58,882 nt of DNA from a bacterium. Its GTDB lineage: Bacteria > Armatimonadota > Chthonomonadetes > Chthonomonadales > Chthonomonadaceae. The stretch lies in NCBI GenBank assembly GCA_900299305.1, contig OMJJ01000119.1, forward strand, positions 1-58,882, given 5' to 3'. The notes under the pieces are model-generated. The model saw only the letters and a program-made list of their open reading frames with translations, had not been told where the DNA came from and ran no database searches. A program made the position numbers and the translations under genes. This document shows, piece by piece, positions 47,098-57,561 of the stretch (the stretch's first letter is position 1; every line of letters begins with the position of its first letter).

Positions 47098-47633
47098 ACA
47101 AGGGAGTAGAGCCGCCCCAATACACATTAGAGAAGTTGGCAACACACCATGATATTTGGTCGTTTGACTGCCAACACTCCTATCTGAACGCTTTTCTTTT
47201 TTATCACGCTTTGCGTGAAACACTCCACGACCTCTCACTAACCTTTGTGCTTTGCGATAACTCCCATTCACCAGCAAAAGTCGCAGGATATTTCACTTTG
47301 CGCTCTGACTCCTACTACCCCGAAGACCATAGCGAAGTAGATTTGATACCCGTTGTTGAGCTGGTGGCGTTGGCACGAGATAAGGACTATAGTAGGCAAG
47401 GTATTGGTGACTATCTGTTGATAGAAGCCCTGAAAAATGTATATAACGCCTCAAAACTGGTTGGTATTACGGGGATACACCTCGCACCTAGCCAAGAGGG
47501 GACACGTCTCTACAAAAGATACAACTTTGGTACACATCCGCTCTCCTATCGCCGAGATTTACTTTTCTTGCCCTCCAACACTATTCGCCAAATCGTTCAA
47601 CCTCTCTTGGCAGAAGAGACTGATTTGGAATAG
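47094..47633 (+). CDS. GNAT-family acetyltransferase toxin (TacT-like)
   Basis: HDIWSFDCQHSYLNAFL ... VAGYFTL ... PVVELVALARDKDYSRQGIGDYLLIEALK ... RLYKRYNF follows the TacT/GNAT-toxin layout. Confidence 0.65.
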   Translation: MNKGVEPPQYTLEKLATHHDIWSFDCQHSYLNAFLFYHALRETLHDLSLTFVLCDNSHSPAKVAGYFTLRSDSYYPEDHSEVDLIPVVELVALARDKDYSRQGIGDYLLIEALKNVYNASKLVGITGIHLAPSQEGTRLYKRYNFGTHPLSYRRDLLFLPSNTIRQIVQPLLAEETDLE

Positions 47634-47652
47634 AAGCAGTAGGTAATATCTC

Positions 47653-48627
47653 TCAATCCTCTTCTTCTTTCCCCAATGCCGCCGCTACGTTTCGCATTAG
47701 CCCTTTGTGTTTGGCACGTTTCACAGGAGATTTACGGAACTTCTCTCGAAATTCCTCCTCACTTAGCAGAGCAAGTTCGGAAAGGCGCGGAGTATCGGTT
47801 ATCGGGCGGGGTTGGAAGGCGGTTTCTTGGGTGGGGGTGGCACGGCGCAGGTTGAAGGGGCATACCTCTTGGCAGATGTCGCACCCAAAGATACGGTTTC
47901 CCGATGCGGAGAGGGCGGGGTGGAACTCCTCTGGTATGTCGCCTTTCAGTTCGATGGTAAGGTAGGAGATACAACGACGTGCGTCTAGTTGGTAGGGGGC
48001 GATGATAGCGTGGGTGGGGCAAGCGTCGATACAGCGGGTACAGGTTCCACATCCGCCAAAAGCGGGGGTATCGCGTGGCAGGAGTATGTTTGTGATAATT
48101 TCGCCAAGCAGGAAGTAGGAGCCGCGTTTGGTGTTGATAAGGAGGGTGTTTTTTCCGAACCAGCCCAGCCCAGCGCGTTGCGCGACTTCGCGCTCCAAAA
48201 GCGGTCCGGTATCTACATAGACGCGCCCCGTCGTCTCCTCTCCTGCCAACTCTTTTAGGTATGCCAATAACTCCCGTAGACGCGGGGTCATTATGTCGTG
48301 ATAGTCGTCGCCACGGGCATAGCGGGCAAAAATAGCGGCATCGGGGTCGAGGTTTTCTGGAGTTCCTGCCCCGTCCGCCCCCATATAGTTCATGCCCACC
48401 ACAATAATCGACTGTGCATTAGGAAGCAGTTCGGAGGGGTCTAGTCTGCGGTGAATATCACGGGTAAGGTAGTGCATCTCGCCAGCATAGCCCTGCTCCA
48501 CCCACTCCCAGTAGGCAGTTGCAAAAACAGAAGGCTCTGCCCCCGTAATGCCTACAAGTTCGAAGCCGAGTGCGTGTGCGCGTTGCTTTACTGCGTCTGC
48601 CCAAGCGTGTTGTGTTTCAGAGAACAT
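47653..48627 (-). CDS. queG: Epoxyqueuosine reductase QueG
   Basis: Two ferredoxin-type clusters CGTCTRCIDACP and CDICQEVCP, plus an N-terminal cobalamin-binding-like region and a C-terminal HEAT-like tail. Confidence 0.9.
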   Translation of the reverse strand: MFSETQHAWADAVKQRAHALGFELVGITGAEPSVFATAYWEWVEQGYAGEMHYLTRDIHRRLDPSELLPNAQSIIVVGMNYMGADGAGTPENLDPDAAIFARYARGDDYHDIMTPRLRELLAYLKELAGEETTGRVYVDTGPLLEREVAQRAGLGWFGKNTLLINTKRGSYFLLGEIITNILLPRDTPAFGGCGTCTRCIDACPTHAIIAPYQLDARRCISYLTIELKGDIPEEFHPALSASGNRIFGCDICQEVCPFNLRRATPTQETAFQPRPITDTPRLSELALLSEEEFREKFRKSPVKRAKHKGLMRNVAAALGKEEED

Positions 48628-48716
48628 CTTCTAAGCAGGTCTCCCATGAATCACGAGGGAGGGGTGCTATAGTAAGCCCCCTCCCTTACGCGAAGTACTC
48701 CCCTTATGCTCTGCTC

Positions 48717-51371
48717 TTACTTGGAGCGTGTTGCTTTCGCCTCTTGCCCTACAGGAATATCTACCGGAAGTGGGCGCACCACCCCGTTGGGGGCGACAGG
48801 GAGGGTAGTCATTAGGACTGCGTCGATTCCAAAGCGGTACTCCTTGTCGGCGGCAGGTCCTTCCACACGCATCGTAAAGCGTTGGTTCAGCCCTTTTTTC
48901 AGGTTCACATTTCCCAAGAACACCCAGCCCATCTGCTGTGCTTTATAGCGTACCCCAATAGGGCGCGGGTCGGCGATAGGCTGGGCAGGTTCTGCGTTTA
49001 CATACCACGTAATCGGTGAGGTGTGCTTGCTAGGAACGGTTCCTGCCAACCAGATACTGTATCTCCCGTCCCGCAGGACATCGAAAGTGTAGACGGCTCC
49101 ATAGGGCAACTTGCTAGAGGGGGGCGATGTGGTAGAGAGGCTGAGGTATGCCTGATTACTCGTCTCTGCATCGTAACTTACTTCTGTGAAGGTGTGCCTT
49201 TGGGTACTTTCCCCTTCTAACCAGATGTAGGGTGAGGTGCGTGCTATTAGTTCGTCTATTTCGCGGCGGCAGTCACTAAAGGAGATTTCGTAGTTGCCTT
49301 GTGTGTAACTTGCTGTTGCGACCTCTATCTTACCGCGCTCCTCAATCCCTGTTAGGACTTTGAGGTCTGTAGCATACGTTGCCAACGCCTTGAACTGTGT
49401 AAGGGCATCCAGAGCGGCTTCGGCGGGGAAGAGCATCTGCTTGTTGGGTACAAGAATAACGGGGCGTTCGTCGATGATAACCTCTAGAGTGGTCTTGTTC
49501 AGAACTTTGGTAGGAACGGGCGTACCATCGGCGTAGAACGCGAACACGGCTTTGGGGTTGGGTACTTGGAAGTGAGTTTTGCGCGTACCCCGCAACGATT
49601 GAATAACGTAACGAGTCCGTGCCTCTCCTCTACCGAGAGTGTAACCTGTGTAGGAGGGCCACCAGTCGAGATAGTCTCCAAGTACATACTTCCCTAGCCA
49701 CAGTACGTTGGTGGTAGAAGGAACGAACCCATAACGCGCCATACCGGGGCTAAACTGCGGAAAGGTAAGCGTAGGGGGCGACTCGGTAGAGAATAGGTTT
49801 GCCGCAACTTCAGTTTGGAAACTGGTAAGAGTGGTAAGGGCTTCGGGGGACTGTAGCCAGTCTGCGCCTTGTGTGGGCTGGAAGTCTCCTAAGAAGAAGC
49901 CTTTGCTTCCCGATTTTTTTGCAGTGCTGAAATCGGCTTGGGCAGAGGGGGCGAGGTTTGCGGTGTTCTCGGCTTCGGTTTCGGTGACGAGGCTCCAGAG
50001 GTTGCGTTTTGCCTGCTCTATGGCACTATAGGCGGGGGTAAGTTTGCGGCTTAGGCTGGTGGTATCTCCCGACTGGAGTGCCACGCTCAAGCCATCGTAG
50101 CCGCCTTCCGAATCGGGGTTCAGGAAGATGGGGTGCTGTTGTGTCCATGTGTACACCACGGGAACATTGGCAACGTTGCGCTTGAGGATGTTCGCCATGG
50201 TATTCATATAGTACAGAATACTCTCGTTTCGGAACTGCAAAAAGTCTTGCCACCACCGCGATTGGCTCATGTCTGTCGAGAGGCTTTTGCGCTTTATGGG
50301 GTCGTAGTAGAAGGCAAGTCCGCGTGTATTTGCCCATAGCGGAGTGAGTTGTGCCATCTGCCCATGCGTCTTGTAGTCTGCGCCTAGCAGTGACCAAGCA
50401 GCTTTTAAGTCCTCTACGGAGGGGTACTGCCGAATAAGCCACGCCTCAAACTCTAGTCGGAAAGTGGGCGAATCGGGGATAAGGTAGTCGCGCTCTCCCT
50501 CTATGCCCATGCTACGCGCTAAGGGGTCGTGGAAGAAGCGTAGCCCTGCCCCAAACTTTATCTGTTTTAGGTATGCCAGTAGGCTATCTCGATAGCCGTC
50601 GAAGCCGCTCCATAGGTCGGGCAAAGAGCCTTTTTCCGCAGGGAAACTTTTGTGCGGATAGACTAGGGCAACGGTGCGCCCTGTGTCGGGGGGCGGCTCG
50701 ATGGGAACGGTGAGAACGGGGGAGGTGATAGGAAAATAGGCGTTCTCTACCACGAGGCGGGAGTTGGTGACATCGTAGAGGTAGAACAGCGTAGAATCGG
50801 CGTTGGGTATTGTCCACTGGGCGGTGAGGTCTTCGCGGGTGTCGTACCGATAGGAGGCGGGTTTTACCACCGTACCTGTGAGGGGGGCGGTAATCCCTTT
50901 TCCAAAGGATAGCCCATACCGAAACTCATTGGCATCAAGGTAACTAACGAGACGTTGGAGGGCAGTTGCGGGTATCTCTGTTAGTGACTTTTCGCACCAG
51001 ATGATGAGGTCGTGAATCCCTTTTGCTTTTAGGTTGGCAAGTGCTTTTACGTCCTCTTGCCACACGGTATCGGTGGGTGTGGAGAGCGAGCGGGGGGCAA
51101 ACTTACCACCGACAGGGACGTAGGGCGCGTTATCCCATATTAGGCAGTGATGTTCGTTTACTGACCATGCGTGCTTTGTCCCTGTAGCATCGGTGTAGGA
51201 GCCGGAGGTCGTTATGCGCGTCTCTGGAACTCCGAAGGGTGTGGTTTCGATGGAGAGACCCTGCGGAAAGGGCTTTTTTTGGGCAAAAACGCTACTCCCT
51301 GAGATATACAGAGCGAATAGCCCTAGGGCGAAAGTAGTACACCATAAATGTTTTCGGGGGGGCAAGTGCAT
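48717..51371 (-). CDS. Large secreted hypothetical protein (possible glycoside-hydrolase-like barrel plus C-terminal beta-sandwich)
   Basis: 884 aa with a signal peptide. The product guess rests only on weak GH42-like features (WQEDVKALANLKAKGIHDLIIW). Confidence 0.4.
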   Translation of the reverse strand: MHLPPRKHLWCTTFALGLFALYISGSSVFAQKKPFPQGLSIETTPFGVPETRITTSGSYTDATGTKHAWSVNEHHCLIWDNAPYVPVGGKFAPRSLSTPTDTVWQEDVKALANLKAKGIHDLIIWCEKSLTEIPATALQRLVSYLDANEFRYGLSFGKGITAPLTGTVVKPASYRYDTREDLTAQWTIPNADSTLFYLYDVTNSRLVVENAYFPITSPVLTVPIEPPPDTGRTVALVYPHKSFPAEKGSLPDLWSGFDGYRDSLLAYLKQIKFGAGLRFFHDPLARSMGIEGERDYLIPDSPTFRLEFEAWLIRQYPSVEDLKAAWSLLGADYKTHGQMAQLTPLWANTRGLAFYYDPIKRKSLSTDMSQSRWWQDFLQFRNESILYYMNTMANILKRNVANVPVVYTWTQQHPIFLNPDSEGGYDGLSVALQSGDTTSLSRKLTPAYSAIEQAKRNLWSLVTETEAENTANLAPSAQADFSTAKKSGSKGFFLGDFQPTQGADWLQSPEALTTLTSFQTEVAANLFSTESPPTLTFPQFSPGMARYGFVPSTTNVLWLGKYVLGDYLDWWPSYTGYTLGRGEARTRYVIQSLRGTRKTHFQVPNPKAVFAFYADGTPVPTKVLNKTTLEVIIDERPVILVPNKQMLFPAEAALDALTQFKALATYATDLKVLTGIEERGKIEVATASYTQGNYEISFSDCRREIDELIARTSPYIWLEGESTQRHTFTEVSYDAETSNQAYLSLSTTSPPSSKLPYGAVYTFDVLRDGRYSIWLAGTVPSKHTSPITWYVNAEPAQPIADPRPIGVRYKAQQMGWVFLGNVNLKKGLNQRFTMRVEGPAADKEYRFGIDAVLMTTLPVAPNGVVRPLPVDIPVGQEAKATRSK

Positions 51372-51429
51372 GGTTCTATCGTACCTTTTGGTGAGGCTGC
51401 TCCTATTTAAAAGGAGTGGCTTTAGAGAA

Positions 51430-51780
51430 TTAGTACTCCGATACGGGCGAGAAATGGATAACGGTAACGGTGTCTTCCACCGAGATGTCTTCGGTGTAGA
51501 TACGCCTCAGCAAATTCAGAAGGTCATCGGTGGTACGAAATTCGGGGTTCTCTTTCTGAATTTCACGTGGGGAGAGCGAGTCGATGGTCTTCACCTCTAC
51601 TCTGTCCAGAATACAGGTAAACAGTTTTTGCCGCCGCCCAAAGCGGGGTCCCACCGTTACCCATGCCAACATACCTGACTGATATTTGTCGGATTTATCT
51701 CCCAAGCGAACCGTAATGGTCTTACGACCATTTTTGAGCACCTCTTCGTAGAATTCGGAGTAGAAATTTAGAGCGAACAT
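51430..51780 (-). CDS. Small PUA/ASCH-like domain protein (tentative)
   Basis: 116 aa. N-terminal F....Y..VL.G.KT.T.R pattern resembles ASCH domains. Confidence 0.35.
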   Translation of the reverse strand: MFALNFYSEFYEEVLKNGRKTITVRLGDKSDKYQSGMLAWVTVGPRFGRRQKLFTCILDRVEVKTIDSLSPREIQKENPEFRTTDDLLNLLRRIYTEDISVEDTVTVIHFSPVSEY

Positions 51781-52018
51781 GAATCGGAGTGGTTTCCTTT
51801 GGTACGAGAATTCTTGAGGGTTTCATAGTAACACAAAAGAGCCTTCTCGTCAACTATAGGGACGAGAGCGTAATAGGGCTTTGTTCGCTAGGGAGTAGGA
51901 TTTCGTACAGGAGAGAGCCTTCAATCTTTTCTTTTCCGTTTCTGCAACCGAGTTTCTAGAGCATTGTACTTTTGTTTGGGGCTACCCCAAAAGAAGCAAC
52001 TTGGGCTATAATACAACT

Positions 52019-53860
52019 ATGCCCACCCCACAGATACAGGAAAAACTGAAGACCCTGCCCACCAAGCCCGGCTGTTATCTCTATAAGGATAGTGTGGGAA
52101 CCATTATCTACGTCGGGAAAGCCATTAACCTCCGCAATCGAGTGCGCTCCTACTTCCAACCCGCTGCAAACCATACTCCCAAAGTGCGCCGACTGGTACA
52201 AAACATTGTGGATATGGAGTACATCGTGGTCGATAGCGAACTAGAGGCTCTGGTGCTAGAGTGTTCGCTCATCAAGAAGCATCAGCCGCACTACAACGTG
52301 CGCCTTCGCGACGACAAGCAGTACCCCTATATCTGCCTCACCATGAACGAACCCTTCCCCCGTCTGATAGTGGTGCGCCGTGCCAAGGACGATAAAAACC
52401 GCTACTTTGGTCCCTACCCCAACTCCCGTGCCGTCTACAACACGATGGAGCTGGTCAATCGGCTCTTTCCGCTCATTGCCTGTGGGAAGAGTTTCGATGG
52501 TAGACCCGTACAAAAGCCCTGCCTCTATCACCATTTGGGGCAGTGCTTGGCTCCTTGCGCGGGTATTGCCGACAAAGAGGAGTACCTTACAGCGGCAAAG
52601 GATGTAGGCGATTTTTTGGAAGGGCGGCAAGAGCATATTCTCAAACGCTTACGGGTAGAGATGGAAGAGGCGGCAGAAGACCTTGCTTTTGAACGCGCCG
52701 CACGGCTACGAGACCGTTTGCAGGGGGTAGAGGAGGTGCTCCAACGCCAAAAGGTTATCTCCAACGACTTTATCGACCAAGATGTTATCGCCGTGGTAGA
52801 AGATACCTCCGGCTTGGGAAGTGCCTGTGTGCAGATGTTCTATGTGCGCGGCGGCAAACTGATAGGGCAGAGCCACTATTTTGTGGAGGGGGCTGGCGAC
52901 GAAATGCACTCCGATATTGTGCAGGAGTTTGTGAAGCAGTACTACCAAAACGCGAACTACATCCCTCAAGAGATTCTTCTGCCCGAAAACCTTACCGAAA
53001 TGGGTATTATTCAGTCGTGGTTGAAGCATAAGAAGGGCAAGAAGGTAGAGATACACGTCCCTGTGCGCGGGGATAAGCGCAAACTGGTAGAGATGGCAAC
53101 CGAAAACGCTGTTCATGCCCTAGACCAGATAAAAGCGGAGATGCGTGCCAAACTGGGAAGCACTGAAGTAGCCCTAAATCAGTTGGCAGAAGCACTTGGA
53201 CTGCCCGAATCTCCAAAAAGAATCGAATGTTTTGATATTTCTAACACACAAGGGGAAAACCAAGTCGCCTCGATGGTCGTATGTGAGAATGGAGAGATGA
53301 ATAAGCAAGAGTATCGCCGCTTCAAAATTAAACGCGAAGACGACAAACCCAACGACTTCGCCTCCATGCGAGAGGTGATAACGCGCCGACTAAATGAGGC
53401 AAAACAGAACCATCCGCGCTTCAACCGCTTGCCTAGCCTTATCATCGTAGATGGTGGGAAGGGGCAGGTGGCGTATGCAAAAGCGGCAATGGAAGAGGTG
53501 GATTTGCACGTTCCACTAGCGGGGCTGGCAAAGCAGTTTGAGCATCTGTTTTTGCCCAATGAGAGCGACCCCATTATTCTGCCGCGCAACAGCCAAGCAC
53601 TCTATCTTGTTCAGCGTATCCGTGACGAGGCGCACCGATTCGCAAACACCTATCAGGCGCAGGTACGAGATAAGCGTAACACCCGCTCCCTATTAGACGA
53701 CATACCTGGTATTGGCGAAAAGCGCAGAAGGGCACTCCAACTCCATTTTGGAAGCATTAGCAAAATAAGAGCGGCTACCGTACAGGAGTTGGCGCAAGCC
53801 CCCACCATGAATCTCAAAATAGCAGAGGTTGTCTATGAACACCTCCACGAACCCGCGTAG
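52019..53860 (+). CDS. uvrC: Excinuclease ABC subunit C
   Basis: GIY-YIG motif (PGCYLYKDSVGTIIYVGKAINLRNRVRSYF), UVR domain, Endo V-like domain and C-terminal (HhH)2. ATG 52019 is preferred to the TTG at 52001. Confidence 0.95.
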   Translation: MPTPQIQEKLKTLPTKPGCYLYKDSVGTIIYVGKAINLRNRVRSYFQPAANHTPKVRRLVQNIVDMEYIVVDSELEALVLECSLIKKHQPHYNVRLRDDKQYPYICLTMNEPFPRLIVVRRAKDDKNRYFGPYPNSRAVYNTMELVNRLFPLIACGKSFDGRPVQKPCLYHHLGQCLAPCAGIADKEEYLTAAKDVGDFLEGRQEHILKRLRVEMEEAAEDLAFERAARLRDRLQGVEEVLQRQKVISNDFIDQDVIAVVEDTSGLGSACVQMFYVRGGKLIGQSHYFVEGAGDEMHSDIVQEFVKQYYQNANYIPQEILLPENLTEMGIIQSWLKHKKGKKVEIHVPVRGDKRKLVEMATENAVHALDQIKAEMRAKLGSTEVALNQLAEALGLPESPKRIECFDISNTQGENQVASMVVCENGEMNKQEYRRFKIKREDDKPNDFASMREVITRRLNEAKQNHPRFNRLPSLIIVDGGKGQVAYAKAAMEEVDLHVPLAGLAKQFEHLFLPNESDPIILPRNSQALYLVQRIRDEAHRFANTYQAQVRDKRNTRSLLDDIPGIGEKRRRALQLHFGSISKIRAATVQELAQAPTMNLKIAEVVYEHLHEPA

Positions 53861-53895
53861 AGAGAACTACGCGCCCACCAGAAAGGATATTTCCC

Positions 53896-54696
53896 ATGCG
53901 AACCCGTTCCCAAAAGGGTTGGATGTTTGCCCTTCCGCTTATGTTCTTAGGCGGAGTAGCCCTTCATACCGCTCCTGCCTACGCACATTTTGCACAAGAC
54001 ACCACCGAGTACACCCTAAAACGTACCTACACTCCAAAAACCACCGACCACTACCGAGTTAAACTGGCACTCACCGTAAACTCTCCTCAGTTTTCTGGTG
54101 ATTTAGATGCGGAGATGCGCTTTAAGGAGGTGGCAGGTGAGGTAAAGGAGGGCGAATTCAAAGTCAATACCGAATTCGTCTCTGGAGTGGCAAAACTGAT
54201 GGGTGGAGAGTTCCCCCTTCCCGAAGACCAACTTCCTCCTACTGCCGTCCGTACCATCAAAGAGGGGGCAGTTACAAAGCGCGAATTCATCAACCCCAAC
54301 AAAAAAGATGAGGGGATAGCAGGCTTGCTAAACATCGCAGATGCGATTATGCCCACCAAAGCCGTAAAAGCGGGCGATAAATGGGATGTAGAGTTTACCG
54401 ACCCTAGCAATAAAGACGCAAAGTTCAAAATCGGAGAGGCTTCTTTAACGGGTAAAGAAAAACTCAAGGATTATGACACCGTTAAAATCCATTGGAAGGT
54501 CACTATTGCTGGTAAAAAAGATGGTAAAGAGAACAAGATGGAGTTTGAGGGGGATACCAACATCGACATTAAGTCGGGGCGGGCTATTCAGACCAAAGTT
54601 AAGGCACAAGCCAATGTTCAGGAAGGGCTGAAGATTCGTAGTTTGCAGATAGATATGCTCACTGCCAAAGAGGTAGAGGAGCTGGATAAGAAGTAA
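53896..54696 (+). CDS. Secreted hypothetical protein
   Basis: 266 aa with a signal peptide ending AYAHF. Lys/Glu-rich beta-type sequence, no family recognised. Confidence 0.55.
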   Translation: MRTRSQKGWMFALPLMFLGGVALHTAPAYAHFAQDTTEYTLKRTYTPKTTDHYRVKLALTVNSPQFSGDLDAEMRFKEVAGEVKEGEFKVNTEFVSGVAKLMGGEFPLPEDQLPPTAVRTIKEGAVTKREFINPNKKDEGIAGLLNIADAIMPTKAVKAGDKWDVEFTDPSNKDAKFKIGEASLTGKEKLKDYDTVKIHWKVTIAGKKDGKENKMEFEGDTNIDIKSGRAIQTKVKAQANVQEGLKIRSLQIDMLTAKEVEELDKK

Positions 54697-54710
54697 GCAA
54701 CACTCTCTAA

Positions 54711-54756
54711 CCTACTCTCCTTTCCCCCTGCGTTCAGTGGAGGAAAGGAGAGTAGG
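54711..54756 (+). terminator. Rho-independent-type terminator hairpin
   Basis: 15-bp stem CCTACTCTCCTTTCC/GGAAAGGAGAGTAGG, 15 nt after the stop codon. Confidence 0.65.
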
Positions 54757-54852
54757 TAGTGTTTGGAGTACCGGAACCGCTTTGCGTAAACGTACAAAAC
54801 TTATAAGCAACATCAGTTAGGAACTATTGAGAAGCGCAGAGCCGTAAAAAGG

Positions 54853-56070
54853 ATGTCGCTTCTTGTGATTAAACTCCTCTTTATTAAGGTGTGGAAGATA
54901 TTCTCTGGAAGGAATGACAAAACCGTGAAACGAGCAACTCTATTTGGTATTGTAACCAGTCTATTTATGGGTATAAACCTCTCTATGGGGGTAAGGGCGC
55001 AAGAGACACCTGCAAATCAGGTACTAAAGTTCAGTTTTGAGAAGGATGTTCAGAAGTGGCAAGCGATAGGAACCGACCTCACTACAGCAACCCTTGCTCA
55101 TGCCACAGATCCCGCTCATGTGCATGGGGGAAGTGGTGCGCTTCAGTATAACTACAAAATCCATGAGGGGGAGAAGTCGGGGGCGTTTGGGGCGATACTT
55201 GTGGGGAAACTCGCCAAAATGAAGACCCTGCGTATCTGGGTACAGCCCGACCACAATACTGTTATTGGGGTCATCTTGCAGGAGCGTGATGGGGGGCGTT
55301 ATATGGGGTTTGCGTATGTGAACGCGGATAAGTGGAACGAGATGCGCTTTGCTGTAGAAGACTTTATTCTTAGTACAAACCCCGGCGACCCCAAAGACCC
55401 CGATGGAAAACTAGACATAGAACAGGTAGACTCTATTGCCGTAACCGACTATAGCCAATGGCTTGCGGGAGGCGGTAAAGGAGAGCTACAGGAGAAGCTC
55501 TTCCCGTATCGGCGCGGCGACCATGTAATGTACCTCGATGATGTAGAGGCACTCACCGACGTTCAGCCGGAACTGACCCCAAAAAAGGGAGAGGATACTG
55601 TCGTCGACTCGCTGGAGCGTCCGCAACCCTCTTGGGTACCGCTGGGTAGTGTAAAGATGTTAAGCATTGAGGAGAGCAAGCCGCTTAAAGGCAAAAGCCT
55701 AAAGATAGAGTATAAAGTAACCCCCGATATGTTTGGAGCCGTTACCAAAAACCTAACACGCCCTCTCTTTACGCAAAACGACAAAATAGGGTTCAGTGTG
55801 GCGAGCCTAAAACCGATTCGCTTATTGGTACAGGTAGAAGATAGGCAGGGAGGACGCTACAACACTACTCTAAACCTCTTAGGGGATAGCGACCCCCGCG
55901 AAGTTATCATTGCATGGAAAGAACTCTCTATCGCCCCCGACTCCAAAACAAAGGTCTCCTTAGACCCCGCAAAAATTGTGCGCCTGTTCTTTATGGATAT
56001 TACGGGCGCGATAGACACCGTTACACAAGAGAATACACTTTGGATAAATAGTCTGCGCTCTGTTCACTAA
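54853..56070 (+). CDS. Secreted hypothetical protein with two beta-sandwich (CBM/CIA30-like) modules (tentative)
   Basis: Signal-like segment LFGIVTSLFMGINLSMGVRAQE. The true start is probably internal. The domain guess is weak. Confidence 0.45.
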   Translation: MSLLVIKLLFIKVWKIFSGRNDKTVKRATLFGIVTSLFMGINLSMGVRAQETPANQVLKFSFEKDVQKWQAIGTDLTTATLAHATDPAHVHGGSGALQYNYKIHEGEKSGAFGAILVGKLAKMKTLRIWVQPDHNTVIGVILQERDGGRYMGFAYVNADKWNEMRFAVEDFILSTNPGDPKDPDGKLDIEQVDSIAVTDYSQWLAGGGKGELQEKLFPYRRGDHVMYLDDVEALTDVQPELTPKKGEDTVVDSLERPQPSWVPLGSVKMLSIEESKPLKGKSLKIEYKVTPDMFGAVTKNLTRPLFTQNDKIGFSVASLKPIRLLVQVEDRQGGRYNTTLNLLGDSDPREVIIAWKELSIAPDSKTKVSLDPAKIVRLFFMDITGAIDTVTQENTLWINSLRSVH

Positions 56071-56093
56071 ACAGACGTAGAGGGAGTGACTGA

Positions 56094-57398
56094 ATGCCAG
56101 ATTCTAAACCGCTACCAGACTGGTGGCAACGAGAACGCCAACGCCGCAACAACTGGGTTCTCATCTTTCTTATTTTGTTGTTAGGGCTGATAGGCTACTA
56201 CTACTGGGTCTCTGCCTACGGAGTCATTGGTGCTCAACCGGGTGTCACCTTCGATACCAGCAACTACCTCGCCTTTATTCATGTAGACGAGAAAGGGAAC
56301 TCCTCTCTCTATGCGGTTCGTGCCGATGGAACCGATTTACGCCGCCTCACCCCCGAAGGGGATAAATCCAACAAACAAGACCCCTCTTGGACACTAGACG
56401 GGAAGAGCCTACTCTACTCCTCCACCAACAACAAGAACCAAGTGATGCAGGTCTACCTTATGGGAGACGGTATCGCCAAACAGATGACCTACGGCACTGG
56501 AAACAAGTTCTCTCCTACGGCGGTAGCGGGTAGCCAGATGGTCTCCTTCCTCTCTCAAGGTGCGGTAAAAACGGTATTGATGAACGGTGAAGACGTACAC
56601 CAAGTGATGCCTCCGCCCCATGCCGGACACGACGACGGCAAGGAAGAAGGGGCTCCCGAAGCCGGTGAACTACGCGGTCCCTACCTCTGGGCACAGTACT
56701 CTCCTAACGGAGAACTCCTTGCCGCTATCCAGTCTTTGAGCAGTGAGGACAACCCGCATAATCTGGGTATCTACTCACCCGGCGACCAAGTGCTTAGGGT
56801 ACTCCTGAAGGGTAAAAGCGAGATATTCGACAGTGGACGCGAGATGAGCGCACACTGGGAACCCAAAGGCAAACGCCTTCTCTGCTCTTTTGCCGAGTAC
56901 CATATTCCCAAGGATATGAAGCCCAAAGAGCTAAAAGATGTGGAGTTTTTGAGTGGGCTAAAACTGTGGAACTTTGAGGGGGCAAAGCCCGACTACAAGA
57001 ATATCTTCGTCTCGGTGGATTACACTTTGGAACCCCGTAATATCTCTTGGTCGCCCGACGGAAACCTGGTTGCGATGGAGATATGGTATCACAAGAAGGG
57101 GGGAGACAAGGTACTCAAGGGAATTGCGGTGCTAGACATCAGCAAGGACATCTCGTTCTCTATAAAAACCGAAAAAGAGGCACTAGACTTTCCTACGATG
57201 CTTATGGCAGATAAGACTGGTAGCCCCCAACGCCCCGTATTCTCCCAAGACGGGTCACGTTTGCTGTACGAAATGGTAAAGCCGGAAGGGGGCAGAGACA
57301 TCTGGGTTGCCAACCTAGATGGAACCTCTCGGAAGAACCTGACCGCTACCCTAAAAGGCGACAACGCCCAAGCCATATGGGCACCCCTCAAAAAGTAA
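56094..57398 (+). CDS. TolB-like/PD40 beta-propeller protein with N-terminal membrane anchor
   Basis: TM helix WVLIFLILLLGLIGYYYWV. Repeated PD40-like blocks (DPSWTLDGKSLLYSS, FSPTAVAGSQMVSF, QYSPNGELLAA, SWSPDGNLVA, PVFSQDGSRLLY). Confidence 0.75.
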   Translation: MPDSKPLPDWWQRERQRRNNWVLIFLILLLGLIGYYYWVSAYGVIGAQPGVTFDTSNYLAFIHVDEKGNSSLYAVRADGTDLRRLTPEGDKSNKQDPSWTLDGKSLLYSSTNNKNQVMQVYLMGDGIAKQMTYGTGNKFSPTAVAGSQMVSFLSQGAVKTVLMNGEDVHQVMPPPHAGHDDGKEEGAPEAGELRGPYLWAQYSPNGELLAAIQSLSSEDNPHNLGIYSPGDQVLRVLLKGKSEIFDSGREMSAHWEPKGKRLLCSFAEYHIPKDMKPKELKDVEFLSGLKLWNFEGAKPDYKNIFVSVDYTLEPRNISWSPDGNLVAMEIWYHKKGGDKVLKGIAVLDISKDISFSIKTEKEALDFPTMLMADKTGSPQRPVFSQDGSRLLYEMVKPEGGRDIWVANLDGTSRKNLTATLKGDNAQAIWAPLKK

Positions 57399-57421
57399 CC
57401 CCTCTATATCCCCGTAGAGGC

Positions 57422-57458
57422 AAAAAAAGACCGCTATCACTACACAGAGATAGCGGTC
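57422..57458 (-). terminator. Rho-independent terminator of the glycosyltransferase gene
   Basis: Stem GACCGCTATC/GATAGCGGTC. On the minus strand it is followed by TTTTTTT (plus-strand A-tract 57422-57428). Confidence 0.75.
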
Positions 57459-57561
57459 AATGTTTTACACCCCAAAATGACAACCAACTACAGAAAGGAG
57501 ATCACATCTCTTTTGACGGCGATGCGTTTTGAAATGTTCCCCACTATTTTTGGTTGTCGGG

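Noticed and set aside
52007-52021. TATAAT 6 nt upstream of the uvrC ATG, suggesting a leaderless mRNA.
   Set aside because: No acceptable -35 or extended -10 element accompanies it, and an in-frame TTG lies upstream. The evidence is insufficient.
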